A DNA stretch of 64,000 nucleotides, from NCBI RefSeq assembly GCF_009914755.1, contig NC_060932.1; one strand, written 5' to 3'. Shown piece after piece: positions 1 through 11,592 of the stretch. The translations under genes were made by a program, and so were the position numbers. Each line of letters opens with the position of its first letter. The stretch's first letter is position 1. The notes below the pieces were generated by a model that saw nothing but the letters and a program-made list of their open reading frames with translations, was not told where the DNA came from and did no database searches. This DNA is from the human T2T-CHM13v2.0 reference genome, Homo sapiens.

Positions 1-80
1 AAACATATAGTCATGAATATTTGATGGGAATGAGAGAATCTCACAGAACTGGCTCTTCAATGACACTAGTGTAGTGTAAA

Positions 81-127
<47 letters not shown>

Positions 128-147
128 ATATATATATATATATATAT
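81..147. repeat. (TCTA)n followed by (TA)n compound microsatellite
   Basis: Direct reading of tandem TATC units running into TA units. Confidence 0.95.
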
Positions 148-427
148 GTCCCCCCAGCTTCTCTGAAAGCTGACACAGTGTAACTCTTCTGTGTGGCAGT
201 TCTGCTATAGGTTTGACCTGTGACCTAGGTTGAATGGTATACTTCCTGGGGAAAGCAAACTTTTCTTCTGTGATACAGAAGAAAACAGATCAATGGGTGG
301 ATATGACAAGAGTTGTTCACCAGAGCAAAGTCTGGGCAAGGGTCTTTCAGCAGACCCCAGGTGGGGGGCTCAGCCAAGTCTTTAATAAATGCAGTTTGGA
401 TCTTTGTTAATCTTCCTGGAACTCTGA

Positions 428-733
<306 letters not shown>

Positions 734-1304
734 TGAAAGAGTATTAGCTATGAACATACCCTGACACCTCTCTTTTAAAAAATTAGAAAGGAGCTTCTCT
801 TTATAATTTTCTGTATAAATGCATTGTACACAGTCCTGATTTCGGTGTTTGGGTAGTGGAGGGAAGATTGTAATTCTATAGATGTTTGTAGTCTACAGGT
901 AAAGGATAATTAGGTAAATATCTGATCTTGCAAGGTTAAGACTGTCATGTTAACATATTTGAATGCGGTCAGATGCTGTTATTGGCAATGTTGTCTTGAT
1001 TAGACATCATCATGCCCTTGCCTGGTTAGACTGAGGTAGGGCAGAAAAGCAGATAGGGTGGCCACAGCCTCCTGTTGGCAATGGCACGTCTTCACTGACA
1101 GGGCTAGAGTGTTCCTAGTTGTGACTTTGCAACCTGTACCAGGTAAGAACGAAGCCAGGACTAGGAGCAGCAGACTGAGAGGAGTGGTCCAGCTAATGGA
1201 CTCATATTCATTACTGCTTACACTAAGTTCAAGAACTTGCAGAGGAGTGATTTTCAGAAACCTTAGGCATTTATTTGCTAGTCCAGTCTCAAGAAGTTGC
1301 TGCA

Positions 1305-1595
1305 GGCCGGGTGCGGTGTCTCACACCTATAATCCCAGAACTTTGGAAGTGGGTGGATCACCTGAGGTCAGGAGTTCAAGACCAGCCTGGCCAACATGAT
1401 GAAACCCCGTCTCTACTAAAAAATAAAAAAATTAGCTGGGCATGGTGGCAGGAACCTGTAATCCCAGCTACTTGGGAGGCTGAGGCAGGGAGAATCGCTT
1501 GAACCCAGGAGGCGGAGGTTGCAGTCAGCTGAGACTGCACCACCGTGCTCCAGCCTGGGTGACAGAGTGAGACTCCATCTCAAAAAAAAAAAAAA
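1305..1595 (+). mobile_element. Alu (S-type), full length
   Basis: GGCCGGGTGCGGTG start, A-rich linker, poly-A; flanks share ttgctgca. Confidence 0.95.
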
Positions 1596-3435
1596 GTAAA
1601 TTGCTGCATAGGTGAGGCTTAATCTTACTGGGGCCATCACTTGGTCCTGGGTTCTGTTATTTTCTGGCCCAGAAACTAGATTTCCCCAGGGGGAGTCAGG
1701 CTTTAGGAATTTATGTCACCTTAGCCAAACTCACAAGGACTATTTGTAAACTAGAATGTTTGTTTTTTCTTACATATATATTGAACACCTACTGAGTGTG
1801 TGGTTCTGTCCTAATTTCTGGAGGAAGTCCCAAAGGGGGGTAAAGTCCCTTTAGAAGCTTGTGGGACAGATATGTAAATAAATATGTTATATATGGTGTG
1901 CTAAGTGTAGAATGGCCTTACATCCTGGTCTTCTGGAGACAGTCCTGGTTTATGCCTATAGTCCCTGTGTAACTATTAAGAATGCTGTCTTTCACTTTCA
2001 GATCTAAGGCCACAGGAAGTGTTCTTTATGGATGTTCGGGGTATAGAAATGATAGAAAGGAAGGACAATGAGCCTGCTTCCCCCTGTAGACACTTGAGCT
2101 AAGTGCTGAAGGACGTTCGAGCAGCTGAAGCCTGGGAACTTGGGGTGGGCTGGGGTGGGGGAGGAGGTGTGTTCCAGGAATTCGCAAAGCTCCCTCTGCA
2201 GGCAAAGGGAGACTGTTCCCGAAGCAGTAAGCAGTTGGTTCAAGCTAGGCACTGTTTCCCAAATTTACCCTGTGATAACAGTTCCCCAGGACACTTAGTG
2301 AACACACAGATTTCCAGACTCTGCTGGCAATTTGGATTTTTTTAAGAAGGCTGGCGGATGATTCTTGGGCATATTAAAGATTGACAACGAGTTCTCTACT
2401 CACTGTGGCTAGGAATACAAAAGGATGGGCATAGAGGGGAATGGGAACCGAAAGATTAGAGCACGAGTCACTGATCAGCCAGGCAGGGGTGACCTCAGGC
2501 AAGAAAACCTTCAGAGGTAAAACCAGGTGGGAGTTATTTACAGTAGATCATGAAAGATGGGGAGTGCGGGAACTATGTCAGTCACCACAGGGATGCAAAG
2601 GAATGAAAAGATAAGAGAACTATTCAGGAGGAAGAACAGGTCCTAGTGTATGCTAGTTACTGATTTGCTGGGGTAATATTATTTCCCAGAAACAGAACCC
2701 TGTGTCAAATCCAGGAGCCTGGGGGACTGTAGAACCTGAAGTTTTACTGGGTAAGCATAAACCTAAAACTACAACAGTTGGATAAGTGGTGTGATATATT
2801 TCACATGGACCTCCTGCCTAGTTCACTTCTTTATAGTCGCTAGAACACTCATGACAATTTATTTCTGGGAAGAAGCCAGGATGAATTCGAAAGCATCCTG
2901 ACACCCCACCCCTTTCTTTTCTCTAGACTTCAGGTTAACTCCTGCCCTTCGGTTTTGGTAAAACTACCCTGCCAAGCCTTATCTTGTATTTTGCTCCTGT
3001 TTTTGTTATCAAATGTGTAAAACAGTCACGATGAATATACATGCCAACTGCTTTCAGAGGCAACGGTTAGTCTCTTGCAAGTTTCAACGTGCACATTTTG
3101 GAGCTGCTGTCTCTGTGGGAACCTGCAGGCACCTCATGGATGCACCACAACTCGGAAATTACAGTACCACCTGGAACACCTTATCCAGGCAAGGAGATCA
3201 TTAAGCCTGGTGTTTGAGGCAATCGATTCACTTGGAAGAAGGTGCTTTGGTGGTTTTGAGAGGAACAATCCCTACATGAAATCCCTCCATGGGAAATGGA
3301 GAACATCAGCTATTTCCCATTGCCTTCAAACCTAAAGATGTCGCCAGGCCTCTTGGCTTGTTACTGAAGCAGCGAAATAAGTCAGAAATCAAAGACTTAG
3401 AAGTTACGAAAAGAAAATCTCAAAAAGGAGAATGG

Positions 3436-3569
3436 GGTCAGGCGCGGTGTCAGGCCTGGAATCCTAGCATTTTGGGAGGCAGAGGCGGGAGGATCGCTTG
3501 TGGCCAAGAGTTCAAGACCAGCCTGGGCAACATATCGAGACGCCTGTCTGTATTTTAAATAAATAAATA
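3436..3569 (+). mobile_element. Alu left monomer (FLAM-like)
   Basis: Single Alu monomer with A-rich tail; ggagaatgg on both sides. Confidence 0.8.
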
Positions 3570-3959
3570 TGGAGAATGGGAAACCCATCAGGCTGTAATC
3601 TCACAGGGAATTTAGTACCCTTTACCTAAGACAAGACCTGGGCACTTGGGAAGCCTCCCCGAGTGCGGTTTGGGGAGGGGGAGGGCATCTTAAATTCCAG
3701 TCCTCGGTCACTCTTGTGGCTTTGCCAAGGGATTTTCAAATCCCGGGAATGCCAGGGATGGAGATGAACAGGCTGAAATCCCCCACGCTGCCAGGGTTAG
3801 GGAGGGGAAAACAACAGTCCACAGCGGCCGCGAAGGTTTGTATTTTTTTTTTTGGTAACAAGGGGCTTGTGTGCAGTCCAATATCACCATCGCCGTGAAG
3901 TCACAGTGGCAAGATGAAAATGTTTAAAAAAATTTTAAAAAGGAATAAGGAAAGAGGAA

Positions 3960-5300
3960 GAGGACAGCGTGCCCCGGCTCAGAAAACGGTCCTCCTCTGC
4001 CCCGGACGCCGGCGGACCTGTGGGGTATGACCGAATCTCCCCGCGCAGCCGGCAAGCCCCGGCCCTCAGTCGGGCCGCGACCAGCGTGACGCCGCGGTAG
4101 GGGGATCCGGCGGGCGCGCGGCCGTCTTCAAAGCCCCGGCGCCGCCGCCGCCCCCGCGCGCGCGCGCGAGTAGTACGGTCCGAGGGGGCGGCTTCTGGGG
4201 CGCGGCTCCGGCGGCAGCTGATGCGCGCCCCGCCGGCCGGGAGGCGGGAGTCCGCGAGCCGGGAGCGGGAGCAGCAGAGGTCTAGCAGCCGGGCGCCGCG
4301 GGCCGGGGGCCTGAGGAGGCCACAGGACGGGCGTCTTCCCGGCTAGTGGAGCCCGGCGCGGGGCCCGCTGCGGCCGCACCGTGAGGGGAGGAGGCCGAGG
4401 AGGACGCGGCGCCGGCTGCCGGCGGGAGGAAGCGCTCCACCAGGGCCCCCGACGGCACTCGTTTAACCACATCCGCGCCTCTGCTGGAAACGCTTGCTGG
4501 CGCCTGTCACCGGTTCCCTCCATTTTGAAAGGGAAAAAGGCTCTCCCCACCCATTCCCCTGCCCCTAGGAGCTGGAGCCGGAGGAGCCGCGCTCATGGCG
4601 TTCAGCCCGTGGCAGATCCTGTCCCCCGTGCAGTGGGCGAAATGGACGTGGTCTGCGGTACGCGGCGGGGCCGCCGGCGAGGACGAGGCTGGCGGGCCCG
4701 AGGGCGACCCCGAGGAGGAGGATTCGCAAGCCGAGACCAAATCCTTGAGTTTCAGGCAAGTACACGGCGTCCCCGCTGAGATGCAGACGCGCTTGCCTCC
4801 ATCCATCTGCGACTCCCTCTGTGTGCGTGTGTGTGGTCGCCACCCGCGAAACCGTCCTCACGGCCGTGCCGCGTCCCTGCCCGGAGCCGGGTCCCCGTGT
4901 GCGTCCGAAAGTTCAGGATCTTCTGTCCTCCCGTGGGGTTTCTGGCCCCCGTTTCGCTAGGAGAGTTCCGCACCCAACCCAGAATCTGCAGTCTCTCCGC
5001 ATCCCCGCTGGCCTCGGTCACTTTCTCTAAGCTTCGACCCCCAGCCCCCGCCCCTCCACACTGGAGCAACGTCACTGATCTAACCCAGTGCAACTTAGGG
5101 CCCCCCCGTGGGGAAGAAGTCGCTCCCCGGCCCTTCCCGGGGCCCTACCGTGTACCCAAAACGCAGCCGCGGTGAAGAAGGTCGCGTGATGACAGGCCCC
5201 TGGCAGCTGCTGGGAAATGGTGGTCTCTGCCGGGCTGTCATCCGCGTGATTGCGGAAGGCAGGTGACACCATTCTTAGCCTCGGGCCCAGGGAGTTCCAG
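3960..5300. promoter_or_regulatory. TACC1: CpG island promoter and first exon region of TACC1
   Basis: Very high GC and CpG density around the start codon; GC boxes (ggggcgg), TGACG half-site near 4087, (CG)n run ~4156-4168; no TATA seen. TSS not determinable from sequence. Confidence 0.9.
4595..4755 (+). CDS. TACC1: TACC1 coding exon 1 (161 nt; MAFSPWQ...TKSLSF), ends at a GC donor
   Basis: Translation matches the recognised TACC1 N-terminus; AG|GCAAGT at 4755/4756 is the junction that keeps frame with exon 2. Confidence 0.96.
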
Positions 5301-5715
5301 CAGGTAGAGGCCTACCGAGCAAAGAGGAATGCCTAGCATCGGCCTAACTCGGGGGTGGGACCAGTATTAATTGTTAAAGCCTCTGGGAAAGGGCTCTTGT
5401 GACAAAAGGAGTCTGTTGGAAAAGCGCATTTTTCAGGTGTCTGAGGGAAGGATGACCTCGAAAATAAATGGTGCTGGAGAAAAGCTCCAGGGAATGGAGG
5501 AGCTTTCAGAGAGACAGGATGCCAGCCTGAGAAACCCAAGGAGGGCACTGCTCAGAGACCGCAGTTGCCTCCCGCAGGTCAGACCCTGCTGAGGACCGGT
5601 TGGTTGTGAAGTTAGACAAAAGTGCTGGACTTTTAGCCTCTGTGAATATGTAGATTTCAAAGGGTGTCGGAAATACCGTTGAAAGTGGTAATTCCTCATT
5701 TTTCCTCCTTGGCAG

Positions 5716-5831
5716 CTCGGATTCTGAAGGTAATTTTGAGACTCCTGAAGCTGAAACCCCGATCCGATCACCTTTCAAGGAGTCCTGTGATCCATCACTC
5801 GGATTGGCAGGACCTGGGGCCAAAAGCCAAG
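5716..5831 (+). CDS. TACC1: TACC1 coding exon 2 (116 nt; SDSEGNFETPE...GAKSQ)
   Basis: tttttcctccttggcag acceptor, AAG|gtaaag donor; phase 2 in, phase 1 out. Confidence 0.96.
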
Positions 5832-6454
5832 GTAAAGAAAAACTTGCATTTTTCCTGCCTGTTTTGTTTCAAAAGTTTTGAAAAATATCAATGAAGGAAG
5901 GAAAAAAGTGTAAATTTAGGACCATTTAAGAGAGTTTGACTAAGAAAGAGCTGTTTGAAACCTCCTGGCTTATGTATTTTTAGGGGTGTGGTGATCGAGG
6001 CTTTCTCCTCTGAGTAGAGTTTGTGCATTTGCAGTATAAGATTATCATTATCAAACATTCCTACTAGGCCTTTCTCCTCAGCCCCTAAAAAAATATGTAT
6101 AGTAATGAAGTAGGAAGATCATGTTTATATTTGACTTCACAAATTCCTCAGGCTAAGTTGCTTTCTACTGGGGTGTGGCTGGAGACAAAAATTACAGGTA
6201 AGACTTGACTTAATTTTTGATAGGGAGGTTCTTAAGAGGCTTTTTCGGAATCACTCACCTCGCCCACTTCCATGCAGGGATGTGGTGAGAGCCCTTCAGT
6301 CTACTTAGGAAAACCTGGCACATGGATTCCCTCCCAGCCCCTCAGAGCCCAGCCCTTCATCTGCAGGAGCTTCCGTTGTCTCACTTAATTAGTAGAAACC
6401 TTTTTTGTCACACAGCCAGTTCAGAATAAAATTTCACCTATCCCAACAGAATTC

Positions 6455-7510
6455 ATATGCTTATTTACTAAATAGAGTGCACTGTGATTCAGCAGTGAAG
6501 TCCTGCTCTCTCGAGCTAACATTGTGGAGGGAGAACCTGTGAAGGGTTAAGCAAAATATCTATGTCAGCTTGTGTGAAGCACTGTGGAGAAAAATAAAGC
6601 AGGGGAAGAGAATAGGGAATATGGAGTGGGGATAGGGAAGGCTGAAGGGGAGTTAGTGGGGGCATTCATGATTAGGTGACTTGAACAGAGACCTGAAGGC
6701 AGATTGAGGGAGCAGGCCTTGGAGGTTCCTGAGGTGGGAACCCTTCCAGCAGAAGGAGTGGCATCTGCAAAGGTCTGACAGCACCAGCCTGCTGCAGGGA
6801 GGCCGTAAGGTGGAGGGTTCATGGTACAGTTTGAGGACCAGCCAGGAGGTCAGTGTGGACTGACTACTCAGAGAGCAGGAGGAGCTGAAGTCAGCGTGGT
6901 CAGAGGAGGTCCAGATGCTGCTGCAGTGAGGATTTGGTTTTCAGTAAGGTGGAAAGCCACTGGAGGGCATATGCATTTCCAAGGGCTGCCATAACAGAGT
7001 AACTTAGCGGCTTACAATAACAGAAATTATTCTCTCACAGTCCTGGATAATTGAAATCAGAACCAGAAGTCTCAAGTCAAGGTGTTGGCAGGGCCTTGCT
7101 CTTCTGAAGGCTCCAGGAAGTCTGTCCTTGCCTCTTCTAGCCTCTGCTGGGTGTCTGCAATCCTTTGTGTTCTTTGGCTTGTGGCAGCAGAACTCCAGTC
7201 TCTGTCTCAACACATGGCCATCTTCTCCCTATGTATCTGTCTTACCGTGCCCTTCCTGTGAGGACACCAGTCGTTGAAGTTAGGGCCCACCCTAATCCAG
7301 TTTGACCTCATCTTAACTTGGTAACATCTTCAGAGATACTATTTCTAGATAAGGTCACATTCATAGGTACTAGGAGTTGGGACTTTAACATATCATTTTG
7401 AGAGACATAATTCAGCCCACAACAGAGAGCTTTGAACAGAGGGATTGTGATTCAGCTTCTTTTGTAAAAGGCTCCCTGGGCTGCTGTGTGGAGAAGGGAC
7501 TCTAGGATGG
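6455..7510 (-). mobile_element. L2 fragment interrupted by an MLT1 LTR
   Basis: Degenerate purine-rich L2-like sequence on both sides of the LTR; family call from memory. Confidence 0.55.
6970..7424 (-). mobile_element. MLT1 (MaLR) solo LTR
   Basis: agggctgccataaca...ttcagcccacaaca, the reverse of MLT1 termini. Confidence 0.75.
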
Positions 7511-9315
7511 AAGTCCTTTTTATGTGGTTTCTCTGTTCCAGTATCTGGCACTGTCACCCTGAAGTGGCAGCGCCAGCTTTCAGTTATCTAGCTACCTAAA
7601 CTTTGTGCTGATTGTGACTTTCTCCTCTCCCTAATAAGTATTTTTATTGCTTAGCAACTTCTTCGTAGGTTGCCTAGGGAAGTCAAGTTACTCTGGTAAT
7701 AGACTGCATGATGGAGCTGGAATTATTGGTAAAATGACATCAGCAAAAAGCTGATTTGGTTTTGCTTTAAATTGATAGCTCCATGCTGTGCTTACCCAGC
7801 TGAGAATTCAGCAATACCCTCAACTTGCCCTAGGCTGCATTTTGCCATTGTTCTAGGCAGGGACAACATGGGAATAGGCAAGCTTATATACTGGAGAATT
7901 TGTGTGCGACGCATAGCTGTGTAGCACTCTCAGTGATGAAGATAACACTTATTCCTCATAGCTTCCCTTTTCTTCCGTAAAGATTGGCAGATCAGAAGGG
8001 AGATTTTGAAGCTTGAAAGAACTATTTGGTGGCCTTTCCATCAAATTTAAATAAAGCTCATAAGACACATGTTAAGGAGCTGTTTGAAAGCCTTTTTGAA
8101 TTGCCATCAGCTTGGGCGGCCCTTCCTCATCGTTTTGTCAGCTGCTAGACTGATTCATCCCGCCAGATTCTTTGCCAATTGAATAGAGGCCTGGATGACC
8201 TAGGCCCCCAAAACCACAGAGACCCAATTGTTTGGTCCTTCCTGTACCAGTGACTCTCACATTTTTTTCATTCTCTCTAAAAGGAAAACTTTTAAATGTT
8301 TATGGATCATGAAGGCTCTATGGGGTAGTTCATGAATGCAGACTGTAATTGTAGGGGTAGAGGAGTGTCCAGTCCAGGAAACAACCCTGCATATTATGAA
8401 GGCTTTCAGTTTAGGGTCTTTAAACAATAGGATGATTGCTCATCAACCTGGTCGTACCCTGACTTCCAGGGTCCTTGGGTGCAACATCCGGAGCTAGTCC
8501 AGAGTACCGCCAATGGCCTTGTCACACATACACAGCAAATGTGCAAAGACAGCCAGAGCACAGGTCTGCCTGGAGAGGATTTCAGTGGGCAGAAAGCCCT
8601 TCAGAGTCATTTCATATTGAAGTTTAATTTCTGGGACTGGATAAGTTCCCTTTCTCCCAAAATTATTGATTGTTTTGTTCCTGGTAAAGATAGTCTTTCA
8701 TACTTTTGTGGTTCCAAGACATGGTTGGACCGCAGTTATAAATTATATAAGACTAAATCATTCTGGAAGAATGATTTACGAGGAGTTAGTCAGGAGTTGG
8801 AGTTGAAATATGTAAACATTCTGGCTTCCTGGTACATAATGGCCCTCAAACGTGTGGGCTACATTTACCATACCCATGGCTCCTGTGCTGACTTCTGTAT
8901 AGTTCTTTGAACTCAGGGAAACATCTAAGACTATTTTGAAATGACTTTTCTTATACTGGAACTGCTTTAGGAACTTGCAGTATCTAAACTCTATAATGAC
9001 TCTTCCTAAGAGTTGTATGCCAGGAGTTAAGTGGCGGATAAGGTTGTAGATTTTTTTTGAAGCCACATATAGAAGCAGGTTTTAGGCTTACTGGTAAAAT
9101 AAAACTCTAGCTAAAGATATTTCCTGGAAATAACCAGACTGGTAGCTGTAAAGCTTGGGCTGGTCTGTATTTGCTATCTGTCTGTTTTCTCCCACTAAAG
9201 TTGTTTAATGCTGCTGCTGTTGTGGTGGTCTTTCTCTTTGCTGGGAAATATATTGGTGAAGAAACATCCTCTAGGAATGGACTTTTGAGGAGGTACAATC
9301 TCAAGTTCATCCTCT

Positions 9316-9910
9316 GTTTTGTTTTGCTTTGAGACAGGATCTATGTCTAGACTGGAGTGCAGTAGTATGATCATAGCTTACTGCAGCCTCCAACTCCTGG
9401 GCTCAGATGATCCTCCTGCCTCAGCCTCCTGAGTAGCTGGGACTATAGGCACACACTACCATGCCTGGCTAATTTTTTGTTTTGTTTTGTTTTTTGAGAT
9501 AGAGTCTCGCTCTGTTGCCCTGGCTGAAATGCAGTGGTGCGATCTCGGCTCACTGCAAGCTCCGCCTCCTGGGTTCACGCCATTCTTCTGCCTCAGCCTC
9601 CCAAGTAGCTAGGACCACAGGCGCCCACCACTACGCCCAGCTAATTTTTTGTATTTTTAGTAGAGACGGGGTTTCACCGTGTTAGCCAGGATGGTCTCGA
9701 TCTCCTGACCTCGTGATCCGCCCGCCTTGGCCTCCCAAAGTGCTGGGATTACAGGCGTGAGCCACCACGCCTGGCCAGTTTTTTTATTTTTTGTAGAGAT
9801 AGGGTCTTGCTATGTTGCCTAGGCTGATCTCGAACTCCTGGCCTAAAGGGATTCTCCTGCCTCACCCTCCCAAAGTCCTGGGATTACAGGCGTGAGCTAC
9901 CATGCCTGGC
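9316..9910 (-). mobile_element. Old Alu (J-type) split at its A-rich linker by a younger Alu
   Basis: Right monomer ~9316-9474 and left monomer ~9777-9910 flank a complete second Alu. Confidence 0.85.
9475..9776 (-). mobile_element. AluY-type nested insertion
   Basis: Y diagnostics gcaagctccgcc, ttcacgccattc, ttagccaggatggtctcgatctc. Confidence 0.88.
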
Positions 9911-10339
9911 TTTTGTGTTTGCATGTGTGTTTATGGAGGACTTAGGGGTTGTGGCTTTGTGTAGCTGTTTCAGTCACAAAAACTGCAGTGGGTGCCCTCT
10001 GCCCCTTGAGTTTCTCCTTCACCAACATAGCCCCCCTTCCCCAAACACACACACCTTTATCTACAGATTGTTACCTCTCTCTGAGAAAGAGAATCTTAAT
10101 TAGTGTAGAAGCTCTCACATCACCCTTGGAACAACTCGTTAAACCTCTCCAGTTTGATGTGTTAATTAAATGCCTAGGTATTTCAAACACAAACTGTAGT
10201 TCTCTGGACTTTTCCCCAGAATAGAAGAAAAGAGATAAATGGGATCTGTGCACAGATATTTACTGCCTCAGGCCTGTGAGGGAATGCCAAGTTGTTTGTT
10301 GACACAATTTTGGTAGTCTCGATCAGAATCAGCAAACTG

Positions 10340-10920
10340 TGACTCATAGACCAAGCCCTGCCTGTCCTGTTTTTTTGCATGGCCCTGAACAGAAGAATGA
10401 GTTTTACATTTTTTGATGGTTTAATGGTGATGTGTGAAAATAATGTGAAATCCAAATTTCAGGGCCCATCAATGGTCACACGATTATGTGAATTTACTAA
10501 AAACCATTGCATCATATATTTTAAAGGGTGGACTGTATGGTTTGTGAATTATATCTCAATAAAGAAGTTCTTAAAAAAAAACAAAACAAAATTTCAGGGC
10601 CCATCAAGTTATATATATATGAAATATATATTTTGGTAGATATGGGGTCTTGCTATGTTGCCCAGGCTGATCTTGAGCTCCAGGGCTCAAGTAAGTGATC
10701 CTCCCACCTCAGCCTCCCAAAATGCTGGGATTTCAGGTTTGAACCACCACTGTCATCCCCATAAATAAAGTTATTGGAATACAGCCATACTCATTCATTC
10801 ATGTATTGTCTATGGCTGCTTTTGCTCTACAATAGCTGGGTTGAGTACTTGGAACAGAGACCAAATGTCTGGCAAAAGTCTAACATATTTACTATCTTGT
10901 ACAGAAAAAAAATGTCAACC
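10340..10920. mobile_element. MER58-like hAT-Charlie fossil with L1 3' fragment and Alu monomer inserted
   Basis: ataaagttattggaatacagcc...tatggctgctttt segment typical of MER58; insertions at 10473-10588 and ~10628-10752. Confidence 0.65.
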
Positions 10921-11309
10921 TACATCTATACTTATTACAATTTCAGTAAAAATACAGAGTTTAAGTAATTTGGGAAAATGGCTTTAAGAATGAAAAGGTG
11001 CAAGGTTATACCTGCTGAACAAATGAACTGTGGGCGTGAGGTGCCATTAGTCTAGGCCTGCATGTTCAGGGAAGGCCCAGGGGAGAGCCTGATGTGGCCT
11101 GGCTATTTGTCATATTTGCAAAGGGGAAGTGATGTAATTGGTCTGCAATGAACTTGATTTTCAATTGACTCAAAGATCTAAGGAGGAATAAAAATTATTT
11201 AAAAAGGAAATTAGGGAAGAATGGGGAGAATATTGGAATCATTTAATAGAAGTACAAACACATAGACTTTTAACTTTTGCCCATTAAATTTTTTTTAACA
11301 TTTTATTTT

Positions 11310-11452
<143 letters not shown>

Positions 11453-11557
11453 TAAATGTCTTTAATGTAACTTCGGGTGTATGAGAATTTGTAAGTTGAC
11501 TGTGCAGATCTCTTAAAAGGTTGATATGGTGTATTTTTAGAATGTTTTAGACTGCAC

Positions 11558-11592
11558 GTGTGTGTGTGTTTGTTTGTGTGTGTGTGTGTGCG
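11558..11592. repeat. Interrupted (TG)n microsatellite
   Basis: Direct reading. Confidence 0.9.

Noticed and set aside
4128-5272. Overlapping Arg/Pro/Gly-rich ORFs on both strands in the CpG island
   Set aside because: Stop codons are scarce in GC-rich DNA; only the frame from 4595 matches a protein and splices onward.
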